Part shown: one piece after another, positions 8,745 to 20,827 of the stretch
Numbering within the stretch: the first letter of the stretch is position 1
How the letters are laid out: each line of letters begins with the position of its first letter
DNA from: Candidatus Moraniibacteriota bacterium
GTDB taxonomy: Bacteria > Patescibacteriota > Minisyncoccia > Moranbacterales > DUUL01
Reading direction: 5' to 3'
Assembly (NCBI GenBank): GCA_041596615.1
Contig: JBFHIG010000002.1
Location: 67,162 to 131,161, forward strand
Length of the DNA: 64,000 bases
Notes under the pieces: model-generated
Seen by the model: only the letters and a program-made list of their open reading frames with translations
What the model was told of the DNA's origin: nothing
Database searches by the model: none
Made by a program: the position numbers and the translations under genes

Positions 8745-9917
8745 TTGTCCATTCTGATGCACACATACCATCATCATATACATACGTATCTTCCTGACTG
8801 CATGAGCTCGCTGAAAAAAGATGTAAATGGCATCTACTTGATTCATTCCATCAGGGGTTTTATTTTTTCTCTTTTTGGGATATTCATACCAATCTACCTG
8901 TTAACTTTAGATTTTTCAATTGTATTAGTTCTCTCCTATTTTATTATAAGACAAATTTCGATTCTTCTAACAAATTTTTGTGTTGCTTCAATCGCTAATA
9001 AATTGGGACTAAAGCATACCATGCTGATTAGCCTTCCCTTGTCATTAATTTATCTCTTACTACTTCCTCTGTTAAGTTCTTTCCCTAATTTATATTTATT
9101 TTTTGGTTTAGCATTTATCAGTGGCGCAGAAGCTGCCTTATATTGGGTGCCTATGCACTCTTTATTTGCAAGATCAACAAAAAAAGAAGAGAAAAGTTCT
9201 CAGGTTGGAAGACTTCTCTCCTTTCAGCACATAGCCGGAATGCTTGCACCTCTTATTGGTGGAACAATTACGCTTTTTTATGGTATTGAAGTTCTATTTG
9301 GCATAGCAATTATTCTTTTAATGATTCCTCTTGGTATTCTTTTGTACACACCAGAAATAAAACCCCACATTAATTTCAACTTTCGCCATGGACTTGGACT
9401 TTTAAAAAAATATAAGAGACATTATTATCTGACTTGTTCTGAGATTATTGGCAGCACCACCGAATCAATTATTTGGCCACTTTTTGTTTTTTTAGTTTTG
9501 AAAAATGAATTTTCTATTGGACTCATCGGGACGCTCCTTGGTGTAGGAACGGTTTTTTTCTCTTTATTTATGGGTCACAGAACCAACAAAACAAACCGCA
9601 AAAAAATAGTGAAGTTTGCTGCTTTAATGCTAGCAATTGTTTGGACTAGTAAGTTTTTTGCTGAGTCCTCGATTATGATATATGTTCTTTCAATTATTTC
9701 TGGTTTTTTTGTTATTATGTTTTCTGTTCCCAATACAGCAGAAACCTACGAATTAGCAAATAAGGAGAAACATATCGATGAATTTATCATCTTCCGTGAG
9801 GTTCCCATAACTATTGGAAAAATTTTACTGCTTCTTATTTCGATGTTTTTTCTGTCTAAATTAAACCTTGCTTTTATCCTAACTGGTCTTAATTTTTTAT
9901 TAGTGTTTTTTATTTAA
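8745..9917 (+). CDS. MFS-like polytopic membrane transporter
   Basis: About 12 predicted TM segments in two halves. The start is uncertain; ATG 8802 (MSSLKKD) is an alternative. No substrate can be assigned. Confidence 0.5.
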   Translation: MSILMHTYHHHIHTYLPDCMSSLKKDVNGIYLIHSIRGFIFSLFGIFIPIYLLTLDFSIVLVLSYFIIRQISILLTNFCVASIANKLGLKHTMLISLPLSLIYLLLLPLLSSFPNLYLFFGLAFISGAEAALYWVPMHSLFARSTKKEEKSSQVGRLLSFQHIAGMLAPLIGGTITLFYGIEVLFGIAIILLMIPLGILLYTPEIKPHINFNFRHGLGLLKKYKRHYYLTCSEIIGSTTESIIWPLFVFLVLKNEFSIGLIGTLLGVGTVFFSLFMGHRTNKTNRKKIVKFAALMLAIVWTSKFFAESSIMIYVLSIISGFFVIMFSVPNTAETYELANKEKHIDEFIIFREVPITIGKILLLLISMFFLSKLNLAFILTGLNFLLVFFI

Positions 9918-9996
9918 ACTTTTTATTTATCTCCGGGAATTATTCATGCTAGAATATGGGAGAACAAACATTGGAATTTTTATATACGCGTGATTC

Positions 9997-11556
9997 ATGA
10001 AAAAAAGAACCAAAATAAAAATCATCTGGAAAAGTTTCTTGCTTAGAATCTTCTTTTTGATTTGCATTTTAATCTTTTTTTATGGCATTTTTGTTGGATA
10101 TAAACTATACAGGATGGAAAATAAAATCCTTGAAATTACTCAAACGAATGAAGGCGCTCAAGTGGAAACAAAAGGGTTTATCGAAACAGCAAAAACACTT
10201 ATAACAAATGACAAACTACCTTTACGTGATAACGGAGAAGGAAGAATTAACATTCTATTACTAGGCATGAGTGGGGAGGGCTACAAATCTCAATATCTAA
10301 CAGACACCATCATGCTGGTTTCAATTGATACCACAACATATAAATCCGGTATGCTTTCTATTCCTCGTGATTTATATGTAGAAATTCCAGAAACAAAAGG
10401 ACTTCACACAAAAATTAATGCTATTTATACTTTTTCAATTAAGAACAAATCCTTGTCTAGTAGTGAGTCTATGAATAATATAAAAACAGTTATTCAAGAT
10501 ATCACTGGACAGAAAGTCCATTATTATCTCACTTTAGATTTTGCTGGTTTCAAAAGTGTTATCAATGAGTTAGGAGGCATTGATGTAGAAGTAGAAAATG
10601 ATATATATGATGACCGCTATCCTGGACCTAACTATTCGTATGAAACATTCGAAATAAAAAAGGGATTTCAACATCTTGACGCAGAAACTGCTCTAAAATA
10701 TGCTCGGGTTCGTCACATAAGTGGTGGTGATTTTGGAAGAGCCGCAAGACAACAACAGGTCATTGCTGCTGCCAAAAAAAAGGCTTTCTCTTTGGGGACT
10801 GTTGCGAATCCACCAAAAATAGTCTCTCTTATTGATACGCTAGGAGATCACATAAAAACAGATATTCAACTGGCGGAAATACCTGCCTTCATTGATTTAG
10901 CAAATAAAATTAACATACACCAAACCACTTCGAAAGTCCTGGATGCTTGGAGCTCTGACTCCCTTCTTGGCTCAACACACGTTGAAATGGGTGGAGTTAT
11001 GGCCTATGTACTCATTCCTAAAACAAAAAATTACAAACAAATCTATGAATTATCGGAAAACATTTTTGATCTCGAAAAAATCAAACGAAAAAGGGAGGCA
11101 ATCGAAAAAGAAAATGCTAAAATTGCCTTCGTGCTTGAGAATAAAAATAACTATAGTAAAATTAGAGTTGCTCTAACAAACTTAGGATACACACCTGTAA
11201 TTAACCCTCCGAATAATAATATTTCTTGCTATAAAGAAAATAGAATTCTCAGTCTTTCTGAAAATCAGAAAATATTTACTTTAGATGATTTAGCTGTTAA
11301 ATTAAACTCGGAAGTAAAATATTTGGAATCTAATGACCCCCTTAGTGAGAGACAAGAAGGTGAGTCTGATAAAAAAGTAATTGCGGAGGAAAAAGAAGAA
11401 ATCGAACGCTCTCCTTTTGATATCGTTGTTTGCTTGTCTGATGATATTTTGGCTTATTTTGAGATGCAAAATGAAAAAAAAGAAGATACCTCTGGGGAGA
11501 TAAGTGCTCAAAGCATACTCGATAATGATGGAAATGTCTTATTTAAAAAAGAATAG
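9997..11556 (+). CDS. LytR-CpsA-Psr (LCP) family cell-envelope glycopolymer ligase with C-terminal extension
   Basis: N-terminal TM helix. INILLLGMSG...TDTIMLVSID...LSIPRDLYV...YYLTLDFAGFKSVINELGGIDVEV...ALKYARVRH...GDFGRAARQQQVI. Confidence 0.85.
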   Translation: MKKRTKIKIIWKSFLLRIFFLICILIFFYGIFVGYKLYRMENKILEITQTNEGAQVETKGFIETAKTLITNDKLPLRDNGEGRINILLLGMSGEGYKSQYLTDTIMLVSIDTTTYKSGMLSIPRDLYVEIPETKGLHTKINAIYTFSIKNKSLSSSESMNNIKTVIQDITGQKVHYYLTLDFAGFKSVINELGGIDVEVENDIYDDRYPGPNYSYETFEIKKGFQHLDAETALKYARVRHISGGDFGRAARQQQVIAAAKKKAFSLGTVANPPKIVSLIDTLGDHIKTDIQLAEIPAFIDLANKINIHQTTSKVLDAWSSDSLLGSTHVEMGGVMAYVLIPKTKNYKQIYELSENIFDLEKIKRKREAIEKENAKIAFVLENKNNYSKIRVALTNLGYTPVINPPNNNISCYKENRILSLSENQKIFTLDDLAVKLNSEVKYLESNDPLSERQEGESDKKVIAEEKEEIERSPFDIVVCLSDDILAYFEMQNEKKEDTSGEISAQSILDNDGNVLFKKE

Positions 11557-11575
11557 CTTAAATTAAACACAAAAA

Positions 11576-12169
11576 ATGGATACTTTTCTAATTGTAGGTC
11601 TTGGTAACCCAGGAGAAAAATACCAAAAGACACGACATAACATTGGATTTAGGGTTTTGGACTCATTGCTTAACGCTTTTGGACCCTCAACTGTCTCCCC
11701 TTTCACTTTAAACAAAAAAATTGGTGGGGAATTTGCAACAATCATTGAAAAGAAAAAGGTCCACCTCCTTAAACCCATATCTTTTATGAATCTTTCAGGA
11801 ATTCCAGTGACTGCTACTATGAATTATTTCAATGTAAAAATTGATAAAATTGTTATTGTTCATGACGACATTGATCTTCCTTTGGGACAAATACGTTTAT
11901 CAAAAAACTCTGGTGCTGGTGGACACAATGGTATTAAATCAATCATTGAACATCTTGGGTCAAAGGATTTTATCAGACTAAGAATAGGAATTTCAAACGA
12001 ATTATCAAAAACTTCTATTGCGACTGAAAAATTTGTTCTTGGAAAATTTTCCGACACAGAAAACAATGAACTAAAAAAAATTATTACTCTTTCCTGTGAA
12101 TGTCTTATGTATTATCTTGAAAATGGACTTGAAAAAACAATGAACGAATTTAATCAAAAAATAAACTAG
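11576..12169 (+). CDS. pth: peptidyl-tRNA hydrolase
   Basis: LIVGLGNPGEKYQKTRHNIGFRVLD, plus HDDIDLPLG and GHNGIKSI. Confidence 0.9.
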   Translation: MDTFLIVGLGNPGEKYQKTRHNIGFRVLDSLLNAFGPSTVSPFTLNKKIGGEFATIIEKKKVHLLKPISFMNLSGIPVTATMNYFNVKIDKIVIVHDDIDLPLGQIRLSKNSGAGGHNGIKSIIEHLGSKDFIRLRIGISNELSKTSIATEKFVLGKFSDTENNELKKIITLSCECLMYYLENGLEKTMNEFNQKIN

Positions 12170-12189
12170 TCTTTTCATATAACAAAAAA

Positions 12190-12262
12190 CACTACACCGC
12201 TAATGAGTTATTGGAAAGGGATAGGAGGGAGTTACCTTGCCAAGATCATAAGCGGTGCAGTG
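12190..12262. other. 73-nt extended hairpin whose apical loop is AGGAGGGAG (plus strand) / CUCCCUCCU (minus strand)
   Basis: CACTACACCGCTAATGA (12190-12206) pairs with TCATAAGCGGTGCAGTG (12246-12262), 15 of 17 bp. An inner helix is TTGGAAAGG/CCTTGCCAA. The apical loop is GATAGGAGGGAGTTA. A T-run follows only on the minus strand. Confidence 0.55.
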
Positions 12263-12300
12263 CCAACATTTAAACTTAAAATATTATAATAGCTTATTAT

Positions 12301-12329
12301 AAAAAATTGCTTCTGTCAAGCAATTTTTT
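12301..12329. terminator. bidirectional intrinsic terminator between convergent genes
   Basis: AAAAAATTGCTT-ctgtc-AAGCAATTTTTT, a perfect stem with A and T runs on both sides. Confidence 0.75.
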
Positions 12330-12355
12330 AAGCTATCTTTAAAGATTTTTAATAA

Positions 12356-12781
12356 CTACTCGAAAAGATTCTTTAAGGGCTTCATTAAAAGCAAACAAAA
12401 AACTAGGTATATACCCGTCTCTAAAAGTGAAACTTTATATAAAACAGTTCCCAATGTAAGCACAAATAAAAGCAATAGAATTGCCATTATTATCTTATAC
12501 TTATATTCACTGATGTCTTGTTCTTTTTTTTCATCTTTTTTTTCGTCAAAAAACATAACGAAGGCCATCATTGCAACAATCGCAAATAATAGAAAATTAA
12601 AATTAAACACATCCATTACAATTCCTGGTAAAATAGATTCTAAAGCAAAAAAACTCAAGTAAACAAAAGCCACTAAAGCTAAACTTTTTTTGACAAAATC
12701 TAACAACACTTTATTCTCAAAAATTTTAAACTTATTTTTTAACATAGTATTACTTAAATATTTCTTCTCCATATTTTTCAA
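12356..12781 (-). CDS. small polytopic membrane protein (hypothetical)
   Basis: Track ORF of 141 aa with about 4 TM segments and a KKDEKKEQD loop. The start may be an internal Met at 12772 or 12745. Confidence 0.5.
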   Translation of the reverse strand: MKNMEKKYLSNTMLKNKFKIFENKVLLDFVKKSLALVAFVYLSFFALESILPGIVMDVFNFNFLLFAIVAMMAFVMFFDEKKDEKKEQDISEYKYKIIMAILLLLFVLTLGTVLYKVSLLETGIYLVFCLLLMKPLKNLFE

Positions 12782-13691
12782 ATATTCTTGCCTTTTGAAA
12801 AGCTAATGTTATCTTTGGATTTTTCCAACTAGAAGTGTTGAAAGTATTCAAAACAATACTTGCTCTTGTTAGATTCTTTACGCCTTCACCAAAAGAAAAT
12901 ATAAATGTATTCCCAGATATATCACCTTTTGTATACTCTTCAGCAAAAGAACATTTGAAAAAGCCAACTGAATTATCTTGCCTACATCCTCCGATTATTT
13001 TTGGCTTCTGATTATCCATTGAAATAGCAAAATAATCATTCCACACATCTTTTATGACTTCTTCATTTTTAATTGGTAGCAACTTTTCATCCCATACAAG
13101 AAAAAAAGAATTGTCTCTTGTTTTCAGTATTATACCATCGGGATGAGGGGTTCCTGCAATAATTTTTTCACCCTCCTCAAAAGAACTCTCCATGTCATCA
13201 TCAAAAGTCTCTACTCTATCCCAATCGAACCCCAAGTCTTCAAAAAATTGAGGTCCTAGGAAAGGATTCCACTTTCCCCTTGAATAGACATACACAGCGT
13301 TTTTTGTAGAGACAAGCTTTCCATTTGGGATATCTAGATTATCAGAAAAAATATACTTTCGTAAAACATCTGAATTTTCAATCTCATCACCTAAGGGATA
13401 AAGTTGCACTAAAAAACCTTTTTCAACTTCAACAGACTCTTTCTTTGAAAAAATATTCTCGGGAAGTATCTCAACTGTTGCAGAATAAAAACTATAGCCA
13501 AACTCTGGGTCCACCGTTAAATACCCCTTTTTTTCAGCTGAAAAATCTATGGTCGTAACGGCTTTATTCCTTTTTTCGGAATCAAACTCATTCTTGGGAT
13601 AAAGAATTTTTAAGCCAACAAACAAAATCAGGAATGTTCCCAATAGCCCTACAACCAATGTATTAATTTTTTTTATTTTAAATTCTTGCAT
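12750..13691 (-). CDS. membrane-anchored hypothetical exported protein
   Basis: The track ORF extends to 13751. ATG 13691 (MQEFKIKKINTLVVGLLGTFLILFVGL) gives a signal-anchor and only a short overlap with the upstream gene. Confidence 0.55.
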   Translation of the reverse strand: MQEFKIKKINTLVVGLLGTFLILFVGLKILYPKNEFDSEKRNKAVTTIDFSAEKKGYLTVDPEFGYSFYSATVEILPENIFSKKESVEVEKGFLVQLYPLGDEIENSDVLRKYIFSDNLDIPNGKLVSTKNAVYVYSRGKWNPFLGPQFFEDLGFDWDRVETFDDDMESSFEEGEKIIAGTPHPDGIILKTRDNSFFLVWDEKLLPIKNEEVIKDVWNDYFAISMDNQKPKIIGGCRQDNSVGFFKCSFAEEYTKGDISGNTFIFSFGEGVKNLTRASIVLNTFNTSSWKNPKITLAFQKARIFEKYGEEIFK

Positions 13692-14463
13692 TTTTCCGCT
13701 CCTTTCTTTTAATTTTAGGTGAAAAAATCCCACGATTCTCTTGATATTCATTCCACAACATCAACAAGCATATTCCCAATATCGAAGCTGTAATGGCACT
13801 ATTCATGCCCCTAGGACCTCCCAACAAGAAATTAAATATTGCGTGAACAATTATCGGCAAGCAAATTGTTAGTATAAAAAAATAAAACTTTTTAACACCC
13901 TTTGACAGTTTTGCCTTTGCAAGGAATAACCCAGCTATTCCAGAATAAATTACATGAGCAGAGGTTGAAAGTATAAGCCTAAGCGCTATTACACTGCCAA
14001 AATCAACTGTCTCTTTTGTCTGGGAAATAATGGAAAAATAAACCCCATTCTCAGTCACAGCAAAAGCCAACCCAACAATTAGACCAAAAATCAAACCTTC
14101 ATTTGCATTTTTGATTTTTCTCTTACTTATAACTATCACAATTCCGATTAATTTTGACAGCTCTTCGATTGTTGCGATTAAACCAGCTGATAAGAAAGCA
14201 GTTAACTCAAAAGGCGTCTCGTTAAATAACCAAAACTTTTGCATCCACAACACAATTTCATTCCCACCTCCTGTTTCTGATATAAAAATTTCTAAAATAC
14301 TAGCTGGAATAGCAGTCAAGACTCCCCAAAAAAAAACTTCCGCTAAAAAATTAGAACCTCCTTTTCCGAAATGATTTTTTTTAATAATAAACCAAAGCCA
14401 CCAAGTAATTGGCAGGATTCCAATCATAGCGGCAAAAAGAACATTGTGATATGACACTGTCAT
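13678..14463 (-). CDS. PrsW-like intramembrane protease family protein
   Basis: Polytopic. IEELSKLIG (EExxK), FAVTENGVYF and SAHVIYSGIAG match the arrangement of PrsW conserved motifs. Confidence 0.55.
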   Translation of the reverse strand: MTVSYHNVLFAAMIGILPITWWLWFIIKKNHFGKGGSNFLAEVFFWGVLTAIPASILEIFISETGGGNEIVLWMQKFWLFNETPFELTAFLSAGLIATIEELSKLIGIVIVISKRKIKNANEGLIFGLIVGLAFAVTENGVYFSIISQTKETVDFGSVIALRLILSTSAHVIYSGIAGLFLAKAKLSKGVKKFYFFILTICLPIIVHAIFNFLLGGPRGMNSAITASILGICLLMLWNEYQENRGIFSPKIKRKERKNARI

Positions 14464-14472
14464 TTATTGCTT

Positions 14473-15480
14473 TTATTCTGCTTCTTTAAGTTTCTTTTTG
14501 ATTTGTTCATAAACCTCCTTCGCGGCTTTTTTATCTTCCCTTAAGAAATTTTTGGCAGCTTCTCTTCCTTGTCCAATTTTTTGTTCACCCATTTGATACC
14601 AAGACCCTGCCTTCTTTAAAACTCCATATTTAACACCAGTGTCCACCAAATCTCCTTCCCTGGAAATGCCCTCATTATACATAATATCAAACTCAGCAAC
14701 CTGAAAAGGAGGAGCAACCTTATTCTTAACTATTTTAGCCTTAACTCTGTTCCCAATAATAACGTCTCCTTGTTTAATTTGAGCAGCCCTACGTACTTCG
14801 ATTCTAACCGAGGCGTAAAATTTCAAAGCATTTCCGCCAGTAGTGGTTTCCGGGTTTCCAAACACCACTCCTATTTTCATTCTAATCTGATTGATAAAAA
14901 TTACCAAAACATTTGACTTAGCAACAATTCCAGTCAATTTTCTAAGAGCTTGTGACATTAATCTCGCTTGAAGGCCCATGTGAGAATCACCCATCTCGCC
15001 TTCAATTTCAGCTCTTGGAACAAGTGCCGCAACTGAGTCAACGACTATTACATCTACTGCATTAGAACGAACAAGTGTTTCAACAATCTCCAGCGCTTGC
15101 TCTCCTGCGTCTGGTTGTGAAATTAACAATTCGTCAATGTTAACACCAATTTTTTTAGCATAACTAGGGTCTAGTGCATGCTCAGCATCAACAAAAGCTG
15201 CCACTCCTCCTTCTTTTTGAGCACTTGCAATAATGTGAAGGGTTAATGTTGTTTTTCCGGAAGATTCTGGACCATAAATTTCGATAATTCTTCCTCTTGG
15301 AACACCTCCAATTCCCAGGGCAATATCAAGAGATGGTGAACCAGTTGAAATCGAAGCAACATCAACTTTCTTGACCTCACCCAATTTCATAATGGAACCT
15401 TCACCGAATTTTTCCTTGATTTCGTTCATGACATCACCAATGATTTTCCCCCCATCTTTCTTCTTTTCTGCTTTTGCCAT
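14473..15480 (-). CDS. recA: recombinase RecA
   Basis: [17 protein letters not shown] (Walker A), [12 protein letters not shown], and the [32 protein letters not shown] loops. Confidence 0.97.
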   Translation of the reverse strand: MAKAEKKKDGGKIIGDVMNEIKEKFGEGSIMKLGEVKKVDVASISTGSPSLDIALGIGGVPRGRIIEIYGPESSGKTTLTLHIIASAQKEGGVAAFVDAEHALDPSYAKKIGVNIDELLISQPDAGEQALEIVETLVRSNAVDVIVVDSVAALVPRAEIEGEMGDSHMGLQARLMSQALRKLTGIVAKSNVLVIFINQIRMKIGVVFGNPETTTGGNALKFYASVRIEVRRAAQIKQGDVIIGNRVKAKIVKNKVAPPFQVAEFDIMYNEGISREGDLVDTGVKYGVLKKAGSWYQMGEQKIGQGREAAKNFLREDKKAAKEVYEQIKKKLKEAE

Positions 15481-15532
15481 TTTTGTTTATTTACTTTATT
15501 ATATTGCGCTATTTAATCTAAAACTTTTTACT

Positions 15533-16600
15533 TCAAGTCTTTTCGATGCTATCCACAGTAGTTTCTTCGCTTTTTTGATCAACTTGTTCCAGTTGACCTG
15601 TTTGATTTCCCGGCGTAAAAACAATATCCCTTACAGTTCCTTTAGTTTCTCCCAAAGCTCCCAGATCTTGGCCATTTAATTTAACCAGAACCTGATCTGC
15701 TTTTCCGGCTGTCACTGAAATACTCTCCCTTCCTTCAAAGAGTTGTACTGCACCTGGCAACATTGTGCCATTCTGGATGTTTTTACCATCAACTGTGACC
15801 AAAACCCACGTCGAAAAGTCTTTAATCTTAATTTCTAACTTTACCACGTCATCTTTCTTTTCATCCTGAACTCCCATCACCTCACCAACTGAATTCTCCT
15901 CTGCTATTATAGTCTCATAATTAGCTGAAACATTAATTTTTTTTGTATCTTGATTCGAAAAACGGTTAACGGCGCTAACCTCTATCTCATTAACGCCATT
16001 TTGTAGACTAACCACCTCTTTGAACTCCCCCTCATCATTAACGAAAACTGGCTGACCATTGATTTTTATCTTGCCGTCTTTGTCTGTAATCCCAATAACT
16101 TCAACTGAATTTCCCTCTAAAGAGAAATTATCAGTTGGTTGCAACACTACAAGCCTAGGAGCTTTTGAAAATTCACCAACTTCTCTGTAAAAATATATTC
16201 CTCCAGACAAGACAAGCAATATGAAAAATAAACTTGCTAAAATTTTAGGAGTGAAGACAACTGTTGGCAATTCAAATCTTTTATTCTTTTTTACATCGAC
16301 TTTTAGTCCCGCTTGACTTTTTCTCATGCTTCTTTGAATGCCTCTTTCTTTTTCATATAATTTCATCACATCGGTTGGCTCAATCCCTAGATATTCAGAG
16401 TAGCTGTTAAGAAAACCTTTAACATAAACATCCGGTGGCAATTTATCAAAACGCCCCTCTTCCAACATCTCTAGATAAAACTTTCTGATCTTTGTATTTT
16501 TAGCTATTTCACTCAAAGAAACATTTGCTTTTTCCCTAACTTGTTTTAGTTTTTCCCCTAGAGTATGTGATTGTACCTTTTTCTTTTTAAATTCCACCAT
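15533..16600 (-). CDS. RodZ-like HTH / transmembrane / DUF4115-type protein
   Basis: N-terminal HTH: LGEKLKQVREKANVSLSEIAKNTKIRKFYLEMLEEGRFDKLPPDVYVKGFLNSYSEYLG. One TM helix and a C-terminal beta-rich domain. Confidence 0.7.
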   Translation of the reverse strand: MVEFKKKKVQSHTLGEKLKQVREKANVSLSEIAKNTKIRKFYLEMLEEGRFDKLPPDVYVKGFLNSYSEYLGIEPTDVMKLYEKERGIQRSMRKSQAGLKVDVKKNKRFELPTVVFTPKILASLFFILLVLSGGIYFYREVGEFSKAPRLVVLQPTDNFSLEGNSVEVIGITDKDGKIKINGQPVFVNDEGEFKEVVSLQNGVNEIEVSAVNRFSNQDTKKINVSANYETIIAEENSVGEVMGVQDEKKDDVVKLEIKIKDFSTWVLVTVDGKNIQNGTMLPGAVQLFEGRESISVTAGKADQVLVKLNGQDLGALGETKGTVRDIVFTPGNQTGQLEQVDQKSEETTVDSIEKT

Positions 16601-16812
16601 AAGCTCACTATTTATTTGTTTTCAGATATCACAAAAGGCGAACAAAATCATACCAATTAAATAGGCTTGAATTGCTATTTCATCTGTTTTCTTACTTTTA
16701 GAATATATCATTTGATATATTTTGTAAACTTGACATTCTCAGCTTTTTTCCTCTTCCAAAAAGCAAAAAAAGTGTTTATTGAATTTTAAAAAACTTCTTC
16801 AAGATATCAATC

Positions 16813-18042
<1,230 letters not shown>

Positions 18043-18099
18043 TTATTTACTTGTTTGACTCTTTCTCATTATCCAGCTTTATTCTTCTTTGTCAATAAT

Positions 18100-20007
18100 T
18101 TATTTAGCAAGAATCTTAACATCCGCGTCTTTTGCACTAGTTAACTCCAGCTCTTTGAAATAATAAGCTACTTCATTTTGGGTGAAGGTGTCAATTGCAG
18201 TGATCTTTAAATCATTTAATACAAAGATTCTGCTTTCAATTTGGTTTGCTGAAGGTGTCACCCCCACTTGAAAGGCATAAACCTTTTCAGGAGAAATAAA
18301 CCCGGCTCCGGCCTCAATAGCTCCAATGACAATTTTCATCTCGTTTGTCCTTAGATTAAAATCTATTCCGGCGTCCTGTGGAATATACTTATCTTTCCAG
18401 ACAATTCCAGAAGGAAATTTCGATGTCAAAATTGCATTCTTAAGATTATTTGAAGTATTTTTAACTCTTAAATACACCGTAAAAGTTGTCTCCTTTCCGA
18501 CCATAAGCGGTGTTGGTCCAGTATTTGGCAACTCATCACTGTTGTGTACCAATTGAACTTCCATTATCATCTTTGAGTTAATGGATACTTTTTTGATAGG
18601 AGATCTGATTTTCTTGTTTTGCCACAAAGGAGAATCTATATCTAAACTTTCAAGCTCGGCGTAAGAGCTTACGAAAAAATTCTTATCATTCTCATTGGTC
18701 ATTGGAATTTCGGAAATAATTGGAATTTCCACCCTTACGATACCTTCTTCTCCCGGCATAAGCAACTTCAATTCTGGCACTTGGGAAGCCTTCCAAATAA
18801 TACTGTTATTCTCACTATCGTAATAACCTTGGCTTACAACAACCCTATCTTTTAAAATAACTCTTGAATCAAGATGCTGGACCAAAATCAAATCCCTTAA
18901 GGGAACTTCTGAAGTATTTTTAAATGTAACGTTCCATTTAATCTCTCCTCCTGCATAAACATTCTCATTTGAAACTTCTTGCTTAATCTCTACTCTATTA
19001 GAAATCATTTTCATAACCCCTTCATTTTCGGTGAAAACAAGCATTTCCTCATCAGTTCTTCTTTGCCCTAGCTCCGCCTTAAAGCTTTTTAAAGCATCGG
19101 GCACTCCTTCGATTACTCCGTCTATCCCAATTTTAAACTGCTCCTTATTGCCAAATTTTTCAATTTCCCAAACATTCTTGTCGCGAGAAGGAACCGGGTT
19201 ACTGGCCTCAAAAGTGAACCCATCTGGATAATCTAACTTTAATTCCAAATTTTCAAATTCCATTTCACTATTGTTTTTAACAATCGCATCCAAATGAACT
19301 GTTTCACCGCTAGCGGCATTCTTGACTGGAATTAAAGTAATCGAAATTGGAGATGATTTAATAATAATACTTTTTTGAGTAGACTTCTCAAATAAACTAT
19401 TGAAGTTAACTGGTTGATATCTAACGGTGCTATTTAAAAATACCTGTCTGTCTCTCGGCCCAAATGGCTTAAAGATGACTTCATACTCTTTTTTGTCTTT
19501 TGCTTTTATATCACCCACCGTGATTCGTGAAGCCTTGAAACCCTCCTTTTGAATATATGGCTTTTCCTGAATAACCATTGTTTCTGAATAATTCAAATCA
19601 ATTTTCACATTCCGCAAAGCGACTCGATTAAAATTCTCAACCCTGATTGTATATACTGCATTTTCAGCACTTCTTACTTCGCTTGGCCCATAAATACTTA
19701 TCTCAACTTTTTCCTCAAGAAAGGCACCTCCGATAAATTTAAAATAGATAAAAACAACTGCGAAAATAGTCAGCAAGACAACCAAAAAAATTCCACCAAA
19801 AACAATCATTTTTCGTCTTTGAACGTTCTCTTGTTCTTCAGTAACCCCTCTTTCACCTTGGTTTCTTATAATTTCTTCCTCGACTGTTTCAAATCCGTCC
19901 TTTGCCTGATTTATATCACTGGCATCATAAACATCTTTATCCAGTTTTCTTTCCTTAAGTTCATCCTTTTTTTTATATAGTTTTTTCGATAAGTCTTCTA
20001 AAACCAT
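18100..20007 (-). CDS. large membrane-anchored extracellular protein with repeated beta-sandwich (DUF11/CARDB-like) modules
   Basis: 635 aa. A TM helix near residue 70 (IVFGGIFLVVLLTIFAVVFIYF). Several ~100-aa segments have an alternating beta pattern. No catalytic motif was recognised. Confidence 0.5.
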   Translation of the reverse strand: MVLEDLSKKLYKKKDELKERKLDKDVYDASDINQAKDGFETVEEEIIRNQGERGVTEEQENVQRRKMIVFGGIFLVVLLTIFAVVFIYFKFIGGAFLEEKVEISIYGPSEVRSAENAVYTIRVENFNRVALRNVKIDLNYSETMVIQEKPYIQKEGFKASRITVGDIKAKDKKEYEVIFKPFGPRDRQVFLNSTVRYQPVNFNSLFEKSTQKSIIIKSSPISITLIPVKNAASGETVHLDAIVKNNSEMEFENLELKLDYPDGFTFEASNPVPSRDKNVWEIEKFGNKEQFKIGIDGVIEGVPDALKSFKAELGQRRTDEEMLVFTENEGVMKMISNRVEIKQEVSNENVYAGGEIKWNVTFKNTSEVPLRDLILVQHLDSRVILKDRVVVSQGYYDSENNSIIWKASQVPELKLLMPGEEGIVRVEIPIISEIPMTNENDKNFFVSSYAELESLDIDSPLWQNKKIRSPIKKVSINSKMIMEVQLVHNSDELPNTGPTPLMVGKETTFTVYLRVKNTSNNLKNAILTSKFPSGIVWKDKYIPQDAGIDFNLRTNEMKIVIGAIEAGAGFISPEKVYAFQVGVTPSANQIESRIFVLNDLKITAIDTFTQNEVAYYFKELELTSAKDADVKILAK

Positions 20008-20080
20008 TTTGTTTTCAGTTTTATTTTTATTTTAGACATTTTACTTGATAATTATAACACAAAAAAACTTTGTTCAAAAG

Positions 20081-20827
20081 TTAAAAGATTATTTTTCCTT
20101 CTGTTGAATATGAGAGGATGTATTTAGTCACACTATAAAGCTCTGTCAAAATTCTTTCTTCAATTTTGATTTTTTTTAAAACACTTTGGTCTTTCGCCAA
20201 AAAGATTCTCAACAATTTGACTGCATCTGCACTTATATAGAAAGAGTTGCTTTCTTTCTCAGCTAAGCAATTTTGACATTTCAAGCCATTAGGAACGGAA
20301 AAAATAAATTTATCATCTTTTTTTATTTTTGTTCTGCAATCAAAGCAATAATATAGAGATGGGGTAGTTCCTAACCAAGCAATTCCTTTCCAAAACAATG
20401 ACAACTGAGCAAATGAAATTACTTGTTTATAGGCCTTTTTATCACTCATTGATGCTTCTTCGACAACATCCAGAAAAGAATCCAACGCTATGTATATATC
20501 TTCACATGGCTCCCCATCTTGTAAGAGTCTGCCTAAAATCTTGAAGGTTCTGCGGATAAGAACCATTTTTTCAAAATCTTTCCTTATTTTCTGATATTGA
20601 TTGTCTATTAGAACTCCTTTAACCCTGTCTAATCCTCGACATTTAATCAAAAATAATTCGCTCTTTGTCAACGGTTCAAGCCCTGAAGCAAGTTTTGCCA
20701 TAGGCTTTCTGGTTCCAACCCCAATAACACTGATTTTTCCTTTTTCTTTGGAAAAAATAGTGTAAATTCTGTCATATTCTCGGCATTCTTTGGCGTCTAA
20801 GATGATGGCTTCGGTTTTGTAACTCAT
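20081..20827 (-). CDS. recO: DNA repair protein RecO
   Basis: N-terminal OB-fold pattern (AIILDAKECREYDRIYTIFSKEKGKISVIGVGTRK) and a C4 zinc motif (CFDCRTKI...LKCQNC). Confidence 0.7.
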   Translation of the reverse strand: MSYKTEAIILDAKECREYDRIYTIFSKEKGKISVIGVGTRKPMAKLASGLEPLTKSELFLIKCRGLDRVKGVLIDNQYQKIRKDFEKMVLIRRTFKILGRLLQDGEPCEDIYIALDSFLDVVEEASMSDKKAYKQVISFAQLSLFWKGIAWLGTTPSLYYCFDCRTKIKKDDKFIFSVPNGLKCQNCLAEKESNSFYISADAVKLLRIFLAKDQSVLKKIKIEERILTELYSVTKYILSYSTEGKIIF

